Source: Candidatus Omnitrophota bacterium
Lineage (GTDB): Bacteria > Omnitrophota > Omnitrophia > Omnitrophales > JACROU01
DNA length: 64,000 bases
NCBI GenBank assembly: GCA_029261035.1
Contig: JAJDCD010000023.1
Coordinates: forward strand, 365,126 to 429,125
Direction of reading: 5' to 3'
Shown here: piece after piece, positions 1 through 8,928 of the stretch
How the letters are laid out: each line of letters starts with the position of its first letter
How positions within the stretch are numbered: position 1 is the first letter of the stretch
Made by a program: the position numbers and the translations under genes
Notes under the pieces: generated by a model
Told to the model about the DNA's origin: nothing
Database searches by the model: none
What the model saw: the letters and a program-made list of their open reading frames with translations, nothing else

Positions 1-1
1 T

Positions 2-1318
2 GGGATTTATTCAGCTTCTTATGCGGCGTCGAAATCAGTGCATGTGCTTCGAATTCAGGATGAAATCGTAGGGCCAGTTATTCAAGAATATATATCGGAT
101 GGAATTCGTAAAGCAACCGATGCTAAAGCGGAATGTCTCGTTATCGAGTTAGATACTCCTGGAGGTCTTCTTAAAACAACGAGAACTATTGTTCGAGATA
201 TTATGTCTGCAGCTATTCCTGTCGTGGTTTATGTTTCTCCACAAGGAGCGCGTGCAGGATCTGCAGGTGTTTTTATTACTCTTGCATCTCATATTGCGGC
301 TATGGCCCCCTCGACAAATATTGGCGCGGCACATCCCGTTGTCATGGGAGAGAAAGGGCGCTCAATTAAAAATTGGACAAAAGAAATTGAAAAGCTGGTC
401 AAAGAAAAATCTGAAATGCCCCAAGAAGAAATTCCAAACGATACGATGTCTCAAAAAATACTCAATGATACATTAGCTTGGGTTCGTGCGATTGCAGAAG
501 AAAGAGGTCGGAATGTGGAGTGGGCCGAAAACTCTGTTAGAAAATCTTTTTCTCAAACTGAGAAAGAAGCTTTGAATTTAAATGTCATTGATTTTGTTGC
601 TAAGGACCTTAGGGATTTGTTGCAGAAGATAGATGGGCAAGAAGTTCAGCTTTCCTCAGGGATTAAGAAGCTTGAAACTAAAAATGCACATATTGAAACG
701 CAAGAATTAACTTTAAGACAGAAGATTCTGCTTCTTATATCCAATCCGAATGTTTCGTTTATTTTGATGCTCTTAGGATTTTATGGTCTGCTTTTTGAAT
801 TTACGCATCCTGGATTTGGATTTCCTGGAATAGGAGGTGTGGTTTGTTTGGTGTTAGCTTTTTATTCCTTCCAGACGCTTCCCGTGAATTACGCAGGGGT
901 TGCTCTTATTGTGTTGGGGATTACTTTGTTGATATCTGAAGCATTTGTCTCGGGGTTTGGACTCTTTGCATTGGGAGGAATGGTTAGTTTGCTGATAGGG
1001 TCTTTTCTTTTTATGGATAGCTCTTATCATTTTTATCAAATCTCTCTTTACGTTATTTTACCATTGGTACTAGTAACTGGAGTGATAACGCTTTTACTTG
1101 TTACATTAGCCGTTAAAGCGCAGAGGAGTAAGGTTGAGACTGGTATAGAGGCTATGGTGGGTCTAACAGCTATAGTTGCCTCCGAGATTAAAGGAGAAGG
1201 GTATGTGTATGTTCATGGGGAATTGTGGAAAGCTGTTTCTGAAGAAGGTTTTGCTAAAGGAGACAAAGTAAAGGTGACTCGAGTCGATGGACTTGTGATG
1301 CATGTAGAAAAGTTATAA
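2..1318 (+). CDS. NfeD-family membrane protein (ClpP-like protease domain, TM segments, C-terminal OB-fold); 5' end runs off the window
   Basis: The reading frame is open to position 2. The first annotated codon is GTG at 38. Upstream residues (…SASYAASKS) look like the end of a signal peptide. It has a multi-TM middle and a C-terminal beta-rich domain, and it is immediately followed by an SPFH/stomatin gene, the classic nfeD-stomatin operon. Confidence 0.75.
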   Translation, partial: GIYSASYAASKSVHVLRIQDEIVGPVIQEYISDGIRKATDAKAECLVIELDTPGGLLKTTRTIVRDIMSAAIPVVVYVSPQGARAGSAGVFITLASHIAAMAPSTNIGAAHPVVMGEKGRSIKNWTKEIEKLVKEKSEMPQEEIPNDTMSQKILNDTLAWVRAIAEERGRNVEWAENSVRKSFSQTEKEALNLNVIDFVAKDLRDLLQKIDGQEVQLSSGIKKLETKNAHIETQELTLRQKILLLISNPNVSFILMLLGFYGLLFEFTHPGFGFPGIGGVVCLVLAFYSFQTLPVNYAGVALIVLGITLLISEAFVSGFGLFALGGMVSLLIGSFLFMDSSYHFYQISLYVILPLVLVTGVITLLLVTLAVKAQRSKVETGIEAMVGLTAIVASEIKGEGYVYVHGELWKAVSEEGFAKGDKVKVTRVDGLVMHVEKL

Positions 1319-1360
1319 CCCTAGAGCTCGTTGGGATTTTTAAGAATAACAGGAGGAACT

Positions 1361-2113
1361 ATGACAACATTTAATTTTATATTAATTGGGTTTATTGTTT
1401 TGTATCTTTTTAATGTGATCAAGATTTTGCCGGAGTATGAACGAGGCGTTATTTTCCGATTAGGACGTTTATTAAAAAATCCTAAGGGCCCAGGGATCAC
1501 CTTGGTGTTTGTTCCTTTAGATCGTATTGTTCGAGTGAGCTTGAGATTGGTTGCTTTGGATGTGCCAACCCAAGATATTATTACAAAAGACAATGTGTCT
1601 GTGAAAGTGAATGCCGTTGTGTATTACCGAGTTATTGATCCAAACAAAGCGATTACTTCGGTGGAAGACTATGATTATGCTACATCGCAAATGGCTCAAA
1701 CGACATTGCGAAGTGTTTTGGGTCAAGCAGAACTGGATGATCTTTTATCCAATAGGGAAAAGATTAATGAAGAGCTTCAAGATATTTTAGATCGTCAGAC
1801 GGATCCTTGGGGAGTTAAGATTTCTACGGTGGAAATTAAGCATGTTGATTTACCTCAAGAGATGCAGCGTGCTATGGCAAAACAAGCTGAGGCTGAGAGA
1901 GAAAGAAGAGCAAAGATTATTCATGCGGAAGCAGAGTTTCAGGCTGCTGAAAAAATGGTTGAAGCAGCAAAGTTGATGGAGCCTCATCCGATGGCACTTC
2001 AGATGCGTTATTTGCAAACATTGTCTGAGATAGCAACCGAAAATAATTCAACAACAGTCTTTCCGATTCCTATTGATTTTATGGAAGTATTTGCTGGGAA
2101 AGGCAAAAAATAG
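1361..2113 (+). CDS. SPFH/band-7 (stomatin/prohibitin-like) protein
   Basis: An N-terminal TM helix precedes an SPFH core and an Ala/Glu-rich coiled-coil tail. AGGAGG sits 7 nt before the ATG at 1361. The ORF-track start at 1331 is probably a 5' extension. Confidence 0.85.
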   Translation: MTTFNFILIGFIVLYLFNVIKILPEYERGVIFRLGRLLKNPKGPGITLVFVPLDRIVRVSLRLVALDVPTQDIITKDNVSVKVNAVVYYRVIDPNKAITSVEDYDYATSQMAQTTLRSVLGQAELDDLLSNREKINEELQDILDRQTDPWGVKISTVEIKHVDLPQEMQRAMAKQAEAERERRAKIIHAEAEFQAAEKMVEAAKLMEPHPMALQMRYLQTLSEIATENNSTTVFPIPIDFMEVFAGKGKK

Positions 2114-2127
2114 TTGCGGGATATTTT

Positions 2128-3408
2128 ATGATTCTTAAATTTCCAGAAGGTTTTTTGTGGGGAACCGCTACGAGTGCACATCAAGTAGAAGGTAATAACA
2201 ATTTAAATAATTGGTGGCATTGGGAAGAAGGTGGCGGGTCCAAGCCAAGAGAAAAATCGTTATCTGCCTGTGATCATTTTAATCGGTTTGATGAAGATTT
2301 TGCTTTGGCGAAGAGTCTGCATCAAAACACACATCGCTTTTCAATAGAGTGGAGCCGTATAGAACCTAAAGAAGGAGAGTTTAGTGATTCTGCTTTGTAT
2401 CATTATCGAAAAGTTTTAGAAGCTCTTCATCGTCAAGGGATGAAGCCGATGGCGACCTTGATTCACTTTACTTTACCCCAGTGGATTGCGCAAAAAGGGG
2501 GGTGGGAAAATCATCAAATTCTTTTTTGGTTTGAGCGCTATGTCCGTAAGTGCGTGCAGAGTTTTGGAGACTTAGTTCCTCTGTGGATTACGATTAATGA
2601 GCCTATGGTTTATTTTTTTCAATCTTATGTTATGGGGGAGTGGCCTCCAGAAAGCACAGAAGGTTTGAAAAAGAAAAAAGTAGTTCAGCATCAAATTGAA
2701 GCACATGGGGTTGCTTATCATGTGATTCATGAAGAAAATGAAAAGCATTCGTATAAAGCACAAGTGGGTTTGGCGGCTTATTATCGAGTTTTTCATCCAT
2801 GGAATGTATCTAGCCCTTTAGATCGATTCGTTGTTAAGTTAAGAGATTGGGTTTTTAACTTACTTTTTTTAAAAGCGATTCATACAGGTTTTATTGATTT
2901 TCCGATCTGCTTTCATACGGAAATCCCCAATTTAAAGGGAGCTTGGGATTTTATTGGATTGAATTATTATACTCGTGAAAAAGTGCAGTTCTCTTTTAAG
3001 CATTCGCATCACTTGTTTTCAAAACATATTGAACCCATTAATGAAAAGATAAATGATTTAGGTTGGGAGGTTTATCCAGAAGGTATCTATGAAGCTTTGA
3101 AGCAGTTAAATCAGTTTCAGAAGCCTATTTATATTACAGAGAATGGGATTTGTACGCAGGCAGACCGAGAAAGACAGCAGTTTATTGTGGATCACTTATC
3201 TCAAGTTCACCGAGCCATTAAGGATGGAGTGGATGTTAAAGGCTATTATCATTGGTCTTTATTAGATAATTTTGAGTGGGCGGAAGGCTATTCTCCTCGC
3301 TTTGGATTGATTCATGTAGATCGTAATAATCAAGAACGCATTCCAAGGGACAGCGCTCGCCTTTATGCAGAAATTGCACTAACAAATAATCTAGAGGTTC
3401 GAGATTAA
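2128..3408 (+). CDS. Glycoside hydrolase family 1 beta-glucosidase/beta-galactosidase
   Basis: It carries an N-terminal FLWGTATSAHQVEG box, a TINEP acid/base motif and an ITENG nucleophile motif. Confidence 0.9.
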   Translation: MILKFPEGFLWGTATSAHQVEGNNNLNNWWHWEEGGGSKPREKSLSACDHFNRFDEDFALAKSLHQNTHRFSIEWSRIEPKEGEFSDSALYHYRKVLEALHRQGMKPMATLIHFTLPQWIAQKGGWENHQILFWFERYVRKCVQSFGDLVPLWITINEPMVYFFQSYVMGEWPPESTEGLKKKKVVQHQIEAHGVAYHVIHEENEKHSYKAQVGLAAYYRVFHPWNVSSPLDRFVVKLRDWVFNLLFLKAIHTGFIDFPICFHTEIPNLKGAWDFIGLNYYTREKVQFSFKHSHHLFSKHIEPINEKINDLGWEVYPEGIYEALKQLNQFQKPIYITENGICTQADRERQQFIVDHLSQVHRAIKDGVDVKGYYHWSLLDNFEWAEGYSPRFGLIHVDRNNQERIPRDSARLYAEIALTNNLEVRD

Positions 3409-3478
3409 TCTCTTGTTATGATATTATGAACAAAAAAGCGGACCCTCCTTATCAATTAATATAGGAATATGAATTCTA

Positions 3479-4747
3479 ATGAAAAAATCACAAAAATTAT
3501 TTCGGGAAGCAAAAAAAATTATTCCAGGAGGTGTCAACTCTCCTGTTCGCGCCTTTGGTTCGGTTGGAGGAACTCCGCGCTTTATTAAGCGTGCGGAGAG
3601 AGCTTATCTTTTTGATGTAGATGGAAAAAAATATATCGACTATGTCTTATCCTGGGGGCCTATGATTTTAGGCCACGCTTCGGGCGAAGTAGTGAAAGCT
3701 ATTATTGATGCTGCAATAAAAGGAACTTCTTACGGAGCGCCCACAGAACAGGAAACGAGATTGGCAGAATTAATTAAAGAGGCATTTCCTTCAATGCAAA
3801 AAATGCGTCTAGTGAATTCCGGAACCGAAGCCACAATGACGGCTATTCGATTAGCGAGGGGAGTTACGCACAGAAAAAAAATTATTAAATTTGATGGGTG
3901 TTACCATGGGCATAGTGACTCCTTATTGGTGAAGCCTGGTTCTGGCGTGGCTACGTTAGGGTTGCCTGGGTCTTCAGGTGTTCCTGAAGAAATTGCTCAA
4001 CTAACCATTAGTCTTCCGTTTAATGATATTTGTGCGTTTGAGCAAATGATGCGCACAGAAGGGAATAACATTGCTTGTGTTCTGGTAGAGCCGGTAGCGG
4101 GAAATATGGGGGTTATTCCTGGAACCTCAGAGTTTCTTTGGGCGCTTCGTAATTGGACAAAAAAATATGGAACTCTTCTTGTTTTTGATGAGGTTATGAC
4201 GGGTTTTCGTGTAGCACATGGAGGAGCTCAACAGCTTTACGGAATTAAACCCGATTTAACTTGTTTAGGAAAAATAGTTGGAGGAGGGCTTCCTTTAGCT
4301 GTTGTAGGAGGAAAAAATGAAGTGATGAATGCCTTAGCTCCGAAAGGTTCCGTTTACCAAGCTGGAACTCTTTCTGGAAACCCTTTGGCTGTGGCTTCGG
4401 GAATCAGTGTTTTGGAAACATTGAAGAATCCTCGTATTTATTCTGACTTAAGAGAAAAATCAGAACGATTGGTGAATCGGATTCGGATGATTGTGGAGAA
4501 AAAGAAAAAAGAAATTCAAGTGCAGTCTGTTGGATCCATGTTTAGCCTTTTCTTTTCTAAAAAACCTGTTGAAAACTTCGATCAAGCAAAGAAATGCAAT
4601 ATCAAAGCTTATAGCCGCTTCTTTCACAAGTTGCTTGAAGGAGGGGTTTATTTCCCTCCGAGCGCTTATGAAGCTTGCTTTATTTCAGAAGCCCATGGGA
4701 AGAAAGAAATCGATAAAACATTGAAGGTCATTGAGAAATCGTTATAA
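3479..4747 (+). CDS. hemL: Glutamate-1-semialdehyde 2,1-aminomutase
   Basis: The sequence matches the class III aminotransferase fold with the GSA-aminomutase N-terminus (GGVNSPVRAF). A lysine lies in the expected PLP region (…GKIVGGGLP). Confidence 0.9.
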   Translation: MKKSQKLFREAKKIIPGGVNSPVRAFGSVGGTPRFIKRAERAYLFDVDGKKYIDYVLSWGPMILGHASGEVVKAIIDAAIKGTSYGAPTEQETRLAELIKEAFPSMQKMRLVNSGTEATMTAIRLARGVTHRKKIIKFDGCYHGHSDSLLVKPGSGVATLGLPGSSGVPEEIAQLTISLPFNDICAFEQMMRTEGNNIACVLVEPVAGNMGVIPGTSEFLWALRNWTKKYGTLLVFDEVMTGFRVAHGGAQQLYGIKPDLTCLGKIVGGGLPLAVVGGKNEVMNALAPKGSVYQAGTLSGNPLAVASGISVLETLKNPRIYSDLREKSERLVNRIRMIVEKKKKEIQVQSVGSMFSLFFSKKPVENFDQAKKCNIKAYSRFFHKLLEGGVYFPPSAYEACFISEAHGKKEIDKTLKVIEKSL

Positions 4748-4783
4748 TTAGCGTAACGGTTACTCAAAAATAAAGAAAGTCGT

Positions 4784-5773
4784 ATGAACACAAAAACACA
4801 AATAACTTTAGATCAAATTTATGCTCCTATTCAAGAATCGATGACTCAGATTGAGTCTACGATTGTTGATATTCTAGCTACGTCCAATGACTTAACACGA
4901 GAAGTGATTCGGTATTTCTTTTCTAACCGAGGCAAACTTTTAAGACCCGCTCTTTGCTTATTAGGTGCGCAATTTGGGAAGTCTGACTTAAAGACTGTTC
5001 TTCGAGTGGCCTCTAGTTTGGAAGTTTTTCATTCCGCAACCTTAATTCATGATGATATTATCGACTCCTCTTTTGTTAGAAGAAATGCCCCAACCATTAA
5101 TGCTAAGTGGACTCCTCAAGTAGCTGTGCTAGTAGGGGACTATCTTTATGACAAATCTTTTTCAGAAATTTTTGGGACACACAAACAAGATCTAATTTCT
5201 TTATTTCTATCAACGGCCACAACGGTTTGTGATGGAGAAATTCTAGAATTACGAGAGAAAGACAATTTTAGTTTAAAAGAAGATCAATATTTAGAAATTA
5301 TTGAAAAGAAGACAGCCTCTTTGCTTTCTACCTGCATTGAATCTGGAGGCATGCTTGCTTCATTGCCGATGGAACAAATTGTAGCGCTTAAGAACTATGG
5401 ACTTTATTTGGGAATGGCATTTCAAATTGTGGATGACTGTTTAGACTTTACCGGAAGCCAGGAAGACTTTGGGAAAACAATTGGATTGGATGCTAGTGAA
5501 GGGGTTTTAACACTTCCTGTCATTCGTCTTTTATCTCTTGTTTCTGAAAATCAAAAAAGTGAAGTTTTTAAAATCTTTAAATCCAACTTAGGTCCTGAAA
5601 AGCTGTCTTATCTACAAAATTTAATCTCAGAATATGGCACCGTAAACTATGCCTTACAAAAAGCCAAAGATTACACCGACCGCGCCCGTTTAGAATTGTC
5701 CACCCTAGCAGAATGTCCCGCTAAAAAAAGCCTACAAACCCTCCTAGACTTCGTAATACAAAGAAGCAGATAA
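4784..5773 (+). CDS. Polyprenyl diphosphate synthase (trans-isoprenyl diphosphate synthase family)
   Basis: It has the two Asp-rich motifs LIHDDIIDSS and IVDDCLDF. Confidence 0.85.
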   Translation: MNTKTQITLDQIYAPIQESMTQIESTIVDILATSNDLTREVIRYFFSNRGKLLRPALCLLGAQFGKSDLKTVLRVASSLEVFHSATLIHDDIIDSSFVRRNAPTINAKWTPQVAVLVGDYLYDKSFSEIFGTHKQDLISLFLSTATTVCDGEILELREKDNFSLKEDQYLEIIEKKTASLLSTCIESGGMLASLPMEQIVALKNYGLYLGMAFQIVDDCLDFTGSQEDFGKTIGLDASEGVLTLPVIRLLSLVSENQKSEVFKIFKSNLGPEKLSYLQNLISEYGTVNYALQKAKDYTDRARLELSTLAECPAKKSLQTLLDFVIQRSR

Positions 5774-5986
5774 ACCCCCATTCTTTTCCCTGTTTTTAAT
5801 AAATCCTAAATCCACTTTTCAAGCCCTAAACGCCTTTATCCCTGTAACTATAAAAGACCCTGTCAATAAACACGAGTTTCGTTATTCAGACCAATAACGA
5901 AACCCCTTATGACTAGTAAACAAGAACCCTCGATGGAGCTTCTTGTTTACAACCCCTAACACCCCTCTGACAAGTGTATAACGTAA

Positions 5987-6098
5987 GAGCCCAGGGAACA
6001 TTCTCCGCCCTGCCTACCGGCAGGCAGGCGCGAAACGTTGAATATGACCCTTCGGGCCAAAGCTGTTGTCTGAGCGCCGGAGAATGTTTCCTGGGCTC
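5987..6098. repeat. GC-rich structured element with 21-bp terminal inverted repeats enclosing a near-perfect 20-bp palindrome
   Basis: The arms are gagcccagggaacattctccg (5987-6007) and cggagaatgtttcctgggctc (6078-6098), with one mismatch between them. An internal palindrome cctgcctaccggcaggcagg lies between the arms. Confidence 0.6.
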
Positions 6099-6172
6099 CA
6101 ACCCACCTAGAAAACCCATAAATACCTAGAAAATCAAGGAATAGGCTAAGGATAGAATTCAAAACTTTAAAT

Positions 6173-6271
6173 GTATGCCAGGTCTAAAGACCCGGCACAC
6201 GCGGTACCTAACTTATGTGTGCCAAATAAAACTATGTGATTTGAATCTAACTCTATTTTTTGAGATCTAAC
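6173..6271 (+). repeat. ~95-bp intergenic repeat, copy A
   Basis: About 85% identical to 32544-32640 and, in reverse orientation, to 52633-52736. It ends in aatctaac-N10-gagatctaac, immediately 5' of a consensus promoter. Confidence 0.7.
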
Positions 6272-6277
6272 GTTGGC

Positions 6278-6306
6278 TTGACATACACCTTGGAAGTTCC
6301 TATAAT
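6278..6306 (+). promoter_or_regulatory. Consensus sigma70-type promoter (TTGACA-17-TATAAT) upstream of the yicC-remA-gmk-rpoZ-coaC-coaB block
   Basis: TTGACA is at 6278-6283, followed by a 17-nt spacer, and TATAAT is at 6301-6306. Confidence 0.6.
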
Positions 6307-6339
6307 CGCCTATTTTTCTATCATCAAGGGGAAGATCCT

Positions 6340-7215
6340 ATGATCTCTAGTATGACCGGTTTTGGAGACGCTCGAGGCGCAAAACAGAGCCGAAAGTATG
6401 TTGTTGAGCTTCGTTCCATAAATTCTCGTTTTTTAGATTTTCAGATTCGATTGCCAAATAAGCTAAATGCTCTGGAGTCCGAGGTAAAGCAATTACTACA
6501 AAAGACTCTGAAGCGTGGAAAAGTAATGGTTTTTATTACGATTGAAAAGGCGTCTAATTTAGATACGATCTATATTGATGAACAAAAAGTAGCATTTTAT
6601 ACCTCCTCATTGAAAAAAATGGCTAAAAAGCTGAAATTATCAGGGGATTTGACGCTAAAGGATGTTTTGAGTTTTCCTGATATTTTTCAATCGAATGAAA
6701 AAGAATTAGATGTAAAGAAAGTATGGACTGAGTTAAAGCCTATTTTAAGCAAGGCTTTGGTTTCTTTATCTCTTTCCCGCTCTAAAGAAGGGAAGATGAT
6801 TTTTGCTGATGTCTTAGGAAGACTTAAACTAATACAAACAAGTCTAAATTTTGTGGAAAAACATGCGGAAGATTTCCCAATACGTTATCGTAAGCGTTTG
6901 GAAAAGCAATTTGAAAAAATTTCTGAAGGCCTTGGTTTAGAACAAGATAGAGTGCTAAAAGAAGTTGCTTTGATGGCAGAACGAGCCGATGTAACGGAAG
7001 AAATTGTAAGGCTAAACAGTCATATTGAATTGTTTCGAAAGACATTAAAACAAGGTAAAGACATTGGTAAGAGACTCGATTTTATTAGTCAAGAAATGAA
7101 TCGAGAAGCGAATACTATTGCTTCGAAGTGTTTAGATGCAGCTATTGCTGAAAAGGTAGTTCAAATTAAATCTGAAATAGAAAAAATTAAAGAACAAATT
7201 CAAAACGTCGAATAA
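6340..7215 (+). CDS. yicC: YicC-family protein (YicC/YloC-like)
   Basis: The characteristic MITSMTGFG N-terminus and conserved C-terminal region are present. The gene also sits in the conserved neighbourhood with gmk and rpoZ. Confidence 0.85.
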   Translation: MISSMTGFGDARGAKQSRKYVVELRSINSRFLDFQIRLPNKLNALESEVKQLLQKTLKRGKVMVFITIEKASNLDTIYIDEQKVAFYTSSLKKMAKKLKLSGDLTLKDVLSFPDIFQSNEKELDVKKVWTELKPILSKALVSLSLSRSKEGKMIFADVLGRLKLIQTSLNFVEKHAEDFPIRYRKRLEKQFEKISEGLGLEQDRVLKEVALMAERADVTEEIVRLNSHIELFRKTLKQGKDIGKRLDFISQEMNREANTIASKCLDAAIAEKVVQIKSEIEKIKEQIQNVE

Positions 7216-7261
7216 TTTAGGCGCTTTGTTTATCTAGCAATCCAATGGAAGGAGATGGTAA

Positions 7262-7513
7262 ATGAAGTTTTTGAATGTTGGTTTTAATAATTCAGTTTCA
7301 CTGGATAGAGTCATTGCCATTGTTGGCTCTGAAGCATCTACATCCAGAAGGCTTAAGGATGAAGCAAAAAAACTTGGTAAATTGATTGATGCGACAAATG
7401 GAAGAAAAACCAGAAGTATGATTGTGATTGATAGTGGGCATGTGGTGTTGTCCAGTGTTGAACCTGAAACCTTGCTAGCACGTCAAGAAGATCTCTTGAC
7501 CCGCAAGCAGTAA
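7262..7513 (+). CDS. DUF370 / RemA-like small protein
   Basis: The protein is 83 aa with a GFNNSVSLDRVIAIV motif. Its position between yicC and gmk mirrors Bacillus ylzA/remA. Confidence 0.75.
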   Translation: MKFLNVGFNNSVSLDRVIAIVGSEASTSRRLKDEAKKLGKLIDATNGRKTRSMIVIDSGHVVLSSVEPETLLARQEDLLTRKQ

Positions 7514-7531
7514 AGAAAGTTTCGAATCGGA

Positions 7532-8134
7532 TTGATGAAAAAAAAGAGTGCAAATGAAAATAAAACAGAAGGCACTTTATTTGTTCTTTCAGCTCCTTCA
7601 GGTGCTGGAAAGACAACTGTTACTCAAAAGATTTTAAAGCAAGATCGCAATTTAGTACGTTCGGTTTCTTGGACAACACGTCTGAGACGAGTGGGAGAGA
7701 AAGATAAGCAAGATTATTTTTTTGTAACACCTAAGCGTTTTTTGGATAAGCGTGAGAAGGATGGTTTTTTAGAATGGGCAAAAGTTTTTAACCAGTATTA
7801 TGGAACGCCTAAATCTTTTGTGAATCAAAAGCTAAAATCTGGCAAAGATGTTGTTTTAGTTATTGATACTCGAGGGGCTAAAAAAGTAAAAAAGCAAACG
7901 AATTGTGTTCTTATCTTTTTAAAAGCGCCTACAATGAAAGTATTAAAAGAGCGCTTATTTAAAAGAAACACGGATTCAAAAAAAGAGATTGAGAAGCGTC
8001 TCAAAGAAGTGAAGTATGAGATGGGGCAAGCTTCTTTCTATGATTACAAAGTAGCGAGTGGCACAATATTACAGACGGTTAAAGAGATAAAACAGATTAT
8101 TCAAAAAGAGCGTTTAAGAAAAAGAAATAAATAA
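7532..8134 (+). CDS. gmk: Guanylate kinase
   Basis: It has the P-loop GPSGAGKTT and a guanylate kinase core. Confidence 0.9.
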   Translation: MMKKKSANENKTEGTLFVLSAPSGAGKTTVTQKILKQDRNLVRSVSWTTRLRRVGEKDKQDYFFVTPKRFLDKREKDGFLEWAKVFNQYYGTPKSFVNQKLKSGKDVVLVIDTRGAKKVKKQTNCVLIFLKAPTMKVLKERLFKRNTDSKKEIEKRLKEVKYEMGQASFYDYKVASGTILQTVKEIKQIIQKERLRKRNK

Positions 8135-8145
8135 AGGAGAAAACA

Positions 8146-8355
8146 ATGGCATATATACCATTAGAAATTTTAATGAGGCAGTCGCCTAGTGTGTACAAAC
8201 TAGCTCTAGCAGCTGCGGAAAGAGCGAATGAAATTAACGAAGGTTCTAAACCTTTGGTTCAATGTACTTCTAAAAAAGTCACAAGCATTGCAATGCAAGA
8301 ATTTGCAGAAGGTCATTTTTCTGTAGAAGTAAAAAAAGAAAAAAAGAAAAAGTAA
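8146..8355 (+). CDS. rpoZ: DNA-directed RNA polymerase subunit omega
   Basis: The protein is 69 aa with the omega-subunit core motif (SVYKLALAAAERANEI). It follows gmk, as expected. Confidence 0.8.
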   Translation: MAYIPLEILMRQSPSVYKLALAAAERANEINEGSKPLVQCTSKKVTSIAMQEFAEGHFSVEVKKEKKKK

Positions 8356-8382
8356 TTTCCCTTGATTTTAAGGAGATAGACT

Positions 8383-8928
8383 GTGGTTCAAGGCAAAAAG
8401 ATTCTTATAGGGGTTACAGGAAGCATTTCTGCTTATCGAGTTTGCGATCTCATTGAGGCGTTGAAAGCGGAGGGTGCTGAAATTCAATGCATCCTGACTC
8501 AAGGGGGAAAGCGTTTTATGACGCCAGACACCCTTCGAGCTTTAACAGGGAAACCTGCTTACTCGGATATGTTTCAAGACCATGCTTTCTCAGGGCCTCT
8601 CCATACGGTTCTAGCCGACGAGGCTGATTTAATTGCCGTAATTCCTTCTAGCTGTGATTTTATTGCTAAGCTTGCTGCTGGTATCTGTGACGATTTACTT
8701 TCGGCGACGATCATTGCTTCTAAAGCGCCTGTTCTAATTGCTCCTGCAATGAACGATAATATGTTTTCTCATCCAATGACTCAAAAAAATATTCAAGCTT
8801 TGGAAGCGATTGGATACCAATTTGTTGCTCCTGAAGAAGGACAACTTGTTTGTGGGCGTTTTAGTATGGGGCATATCGCTTCTCAAGATAAATTAAAATC
8901 ATCTATTGAAACCTTACTCAAAAAATAA
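8383..8928 (+). CDS. coaC: Phosphopantothenoylcysteine decarboxylase (flavoprotein, CoaC half)
   Basis: It has a flavoprotein fold with a GVTGSISAY N-terminus. It starts on GTG, and its stop overlaps the coaB start. Confidence 0.85.
   Translation: MVQGKKILIGVTGSISAYRVCDLIEALKAEGAEIQCILTQGGKRFMTPDTLRALTGKPAYSDMFQDHAFSGPLHTVLADEADLIAVIPSSCDFIAKLAAGICDDLLSATIIASKAPVLIAPAMNDNMFSHPMTQKNIQALEAIGYQFVAPEEGQLVCGRFSMGHIASQDKLKSSIETLLKK

Noticed and set aside
149-1039. Antisense and alternative-frame ORFs inside the NfeD gene (149-334 minus, 189-476 plus, 854-1039 minus)
   Set aside because: They lie wholly inside a well-supported gene. Their composition is Arg/Cys/Ser-rich or low-complexity, typical of out-of-frame translation of AT-rich coding DNA.
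4491-4724. 77-aa ORF in an alternative + frame near the hemL 3' end
   Set aside because: It overlaps the conserved hemL C-terminus, and its Lys/Arg-rich composition comes from an A-rich stretch.
6078-6110. RNase P RNA resemblance (cctgggctcc versus the conserved GGAAAGUCCGGGCUCC)
   Set aside because: Only a 7-nt match. The flanking inverted-repeat pairing is incompatible with the P4 helix, and the element is far too short.
5913-6162. Two overlapping minus-strand ORFs (68 aa each) in the yicC upstream gap
   Set aside because: They coincide exactly with the GC-rich inverted-repeat element. The palindromic structure generates open frames on both strands. There is no RBS and the products are Gly/Arg/Pro-rich.
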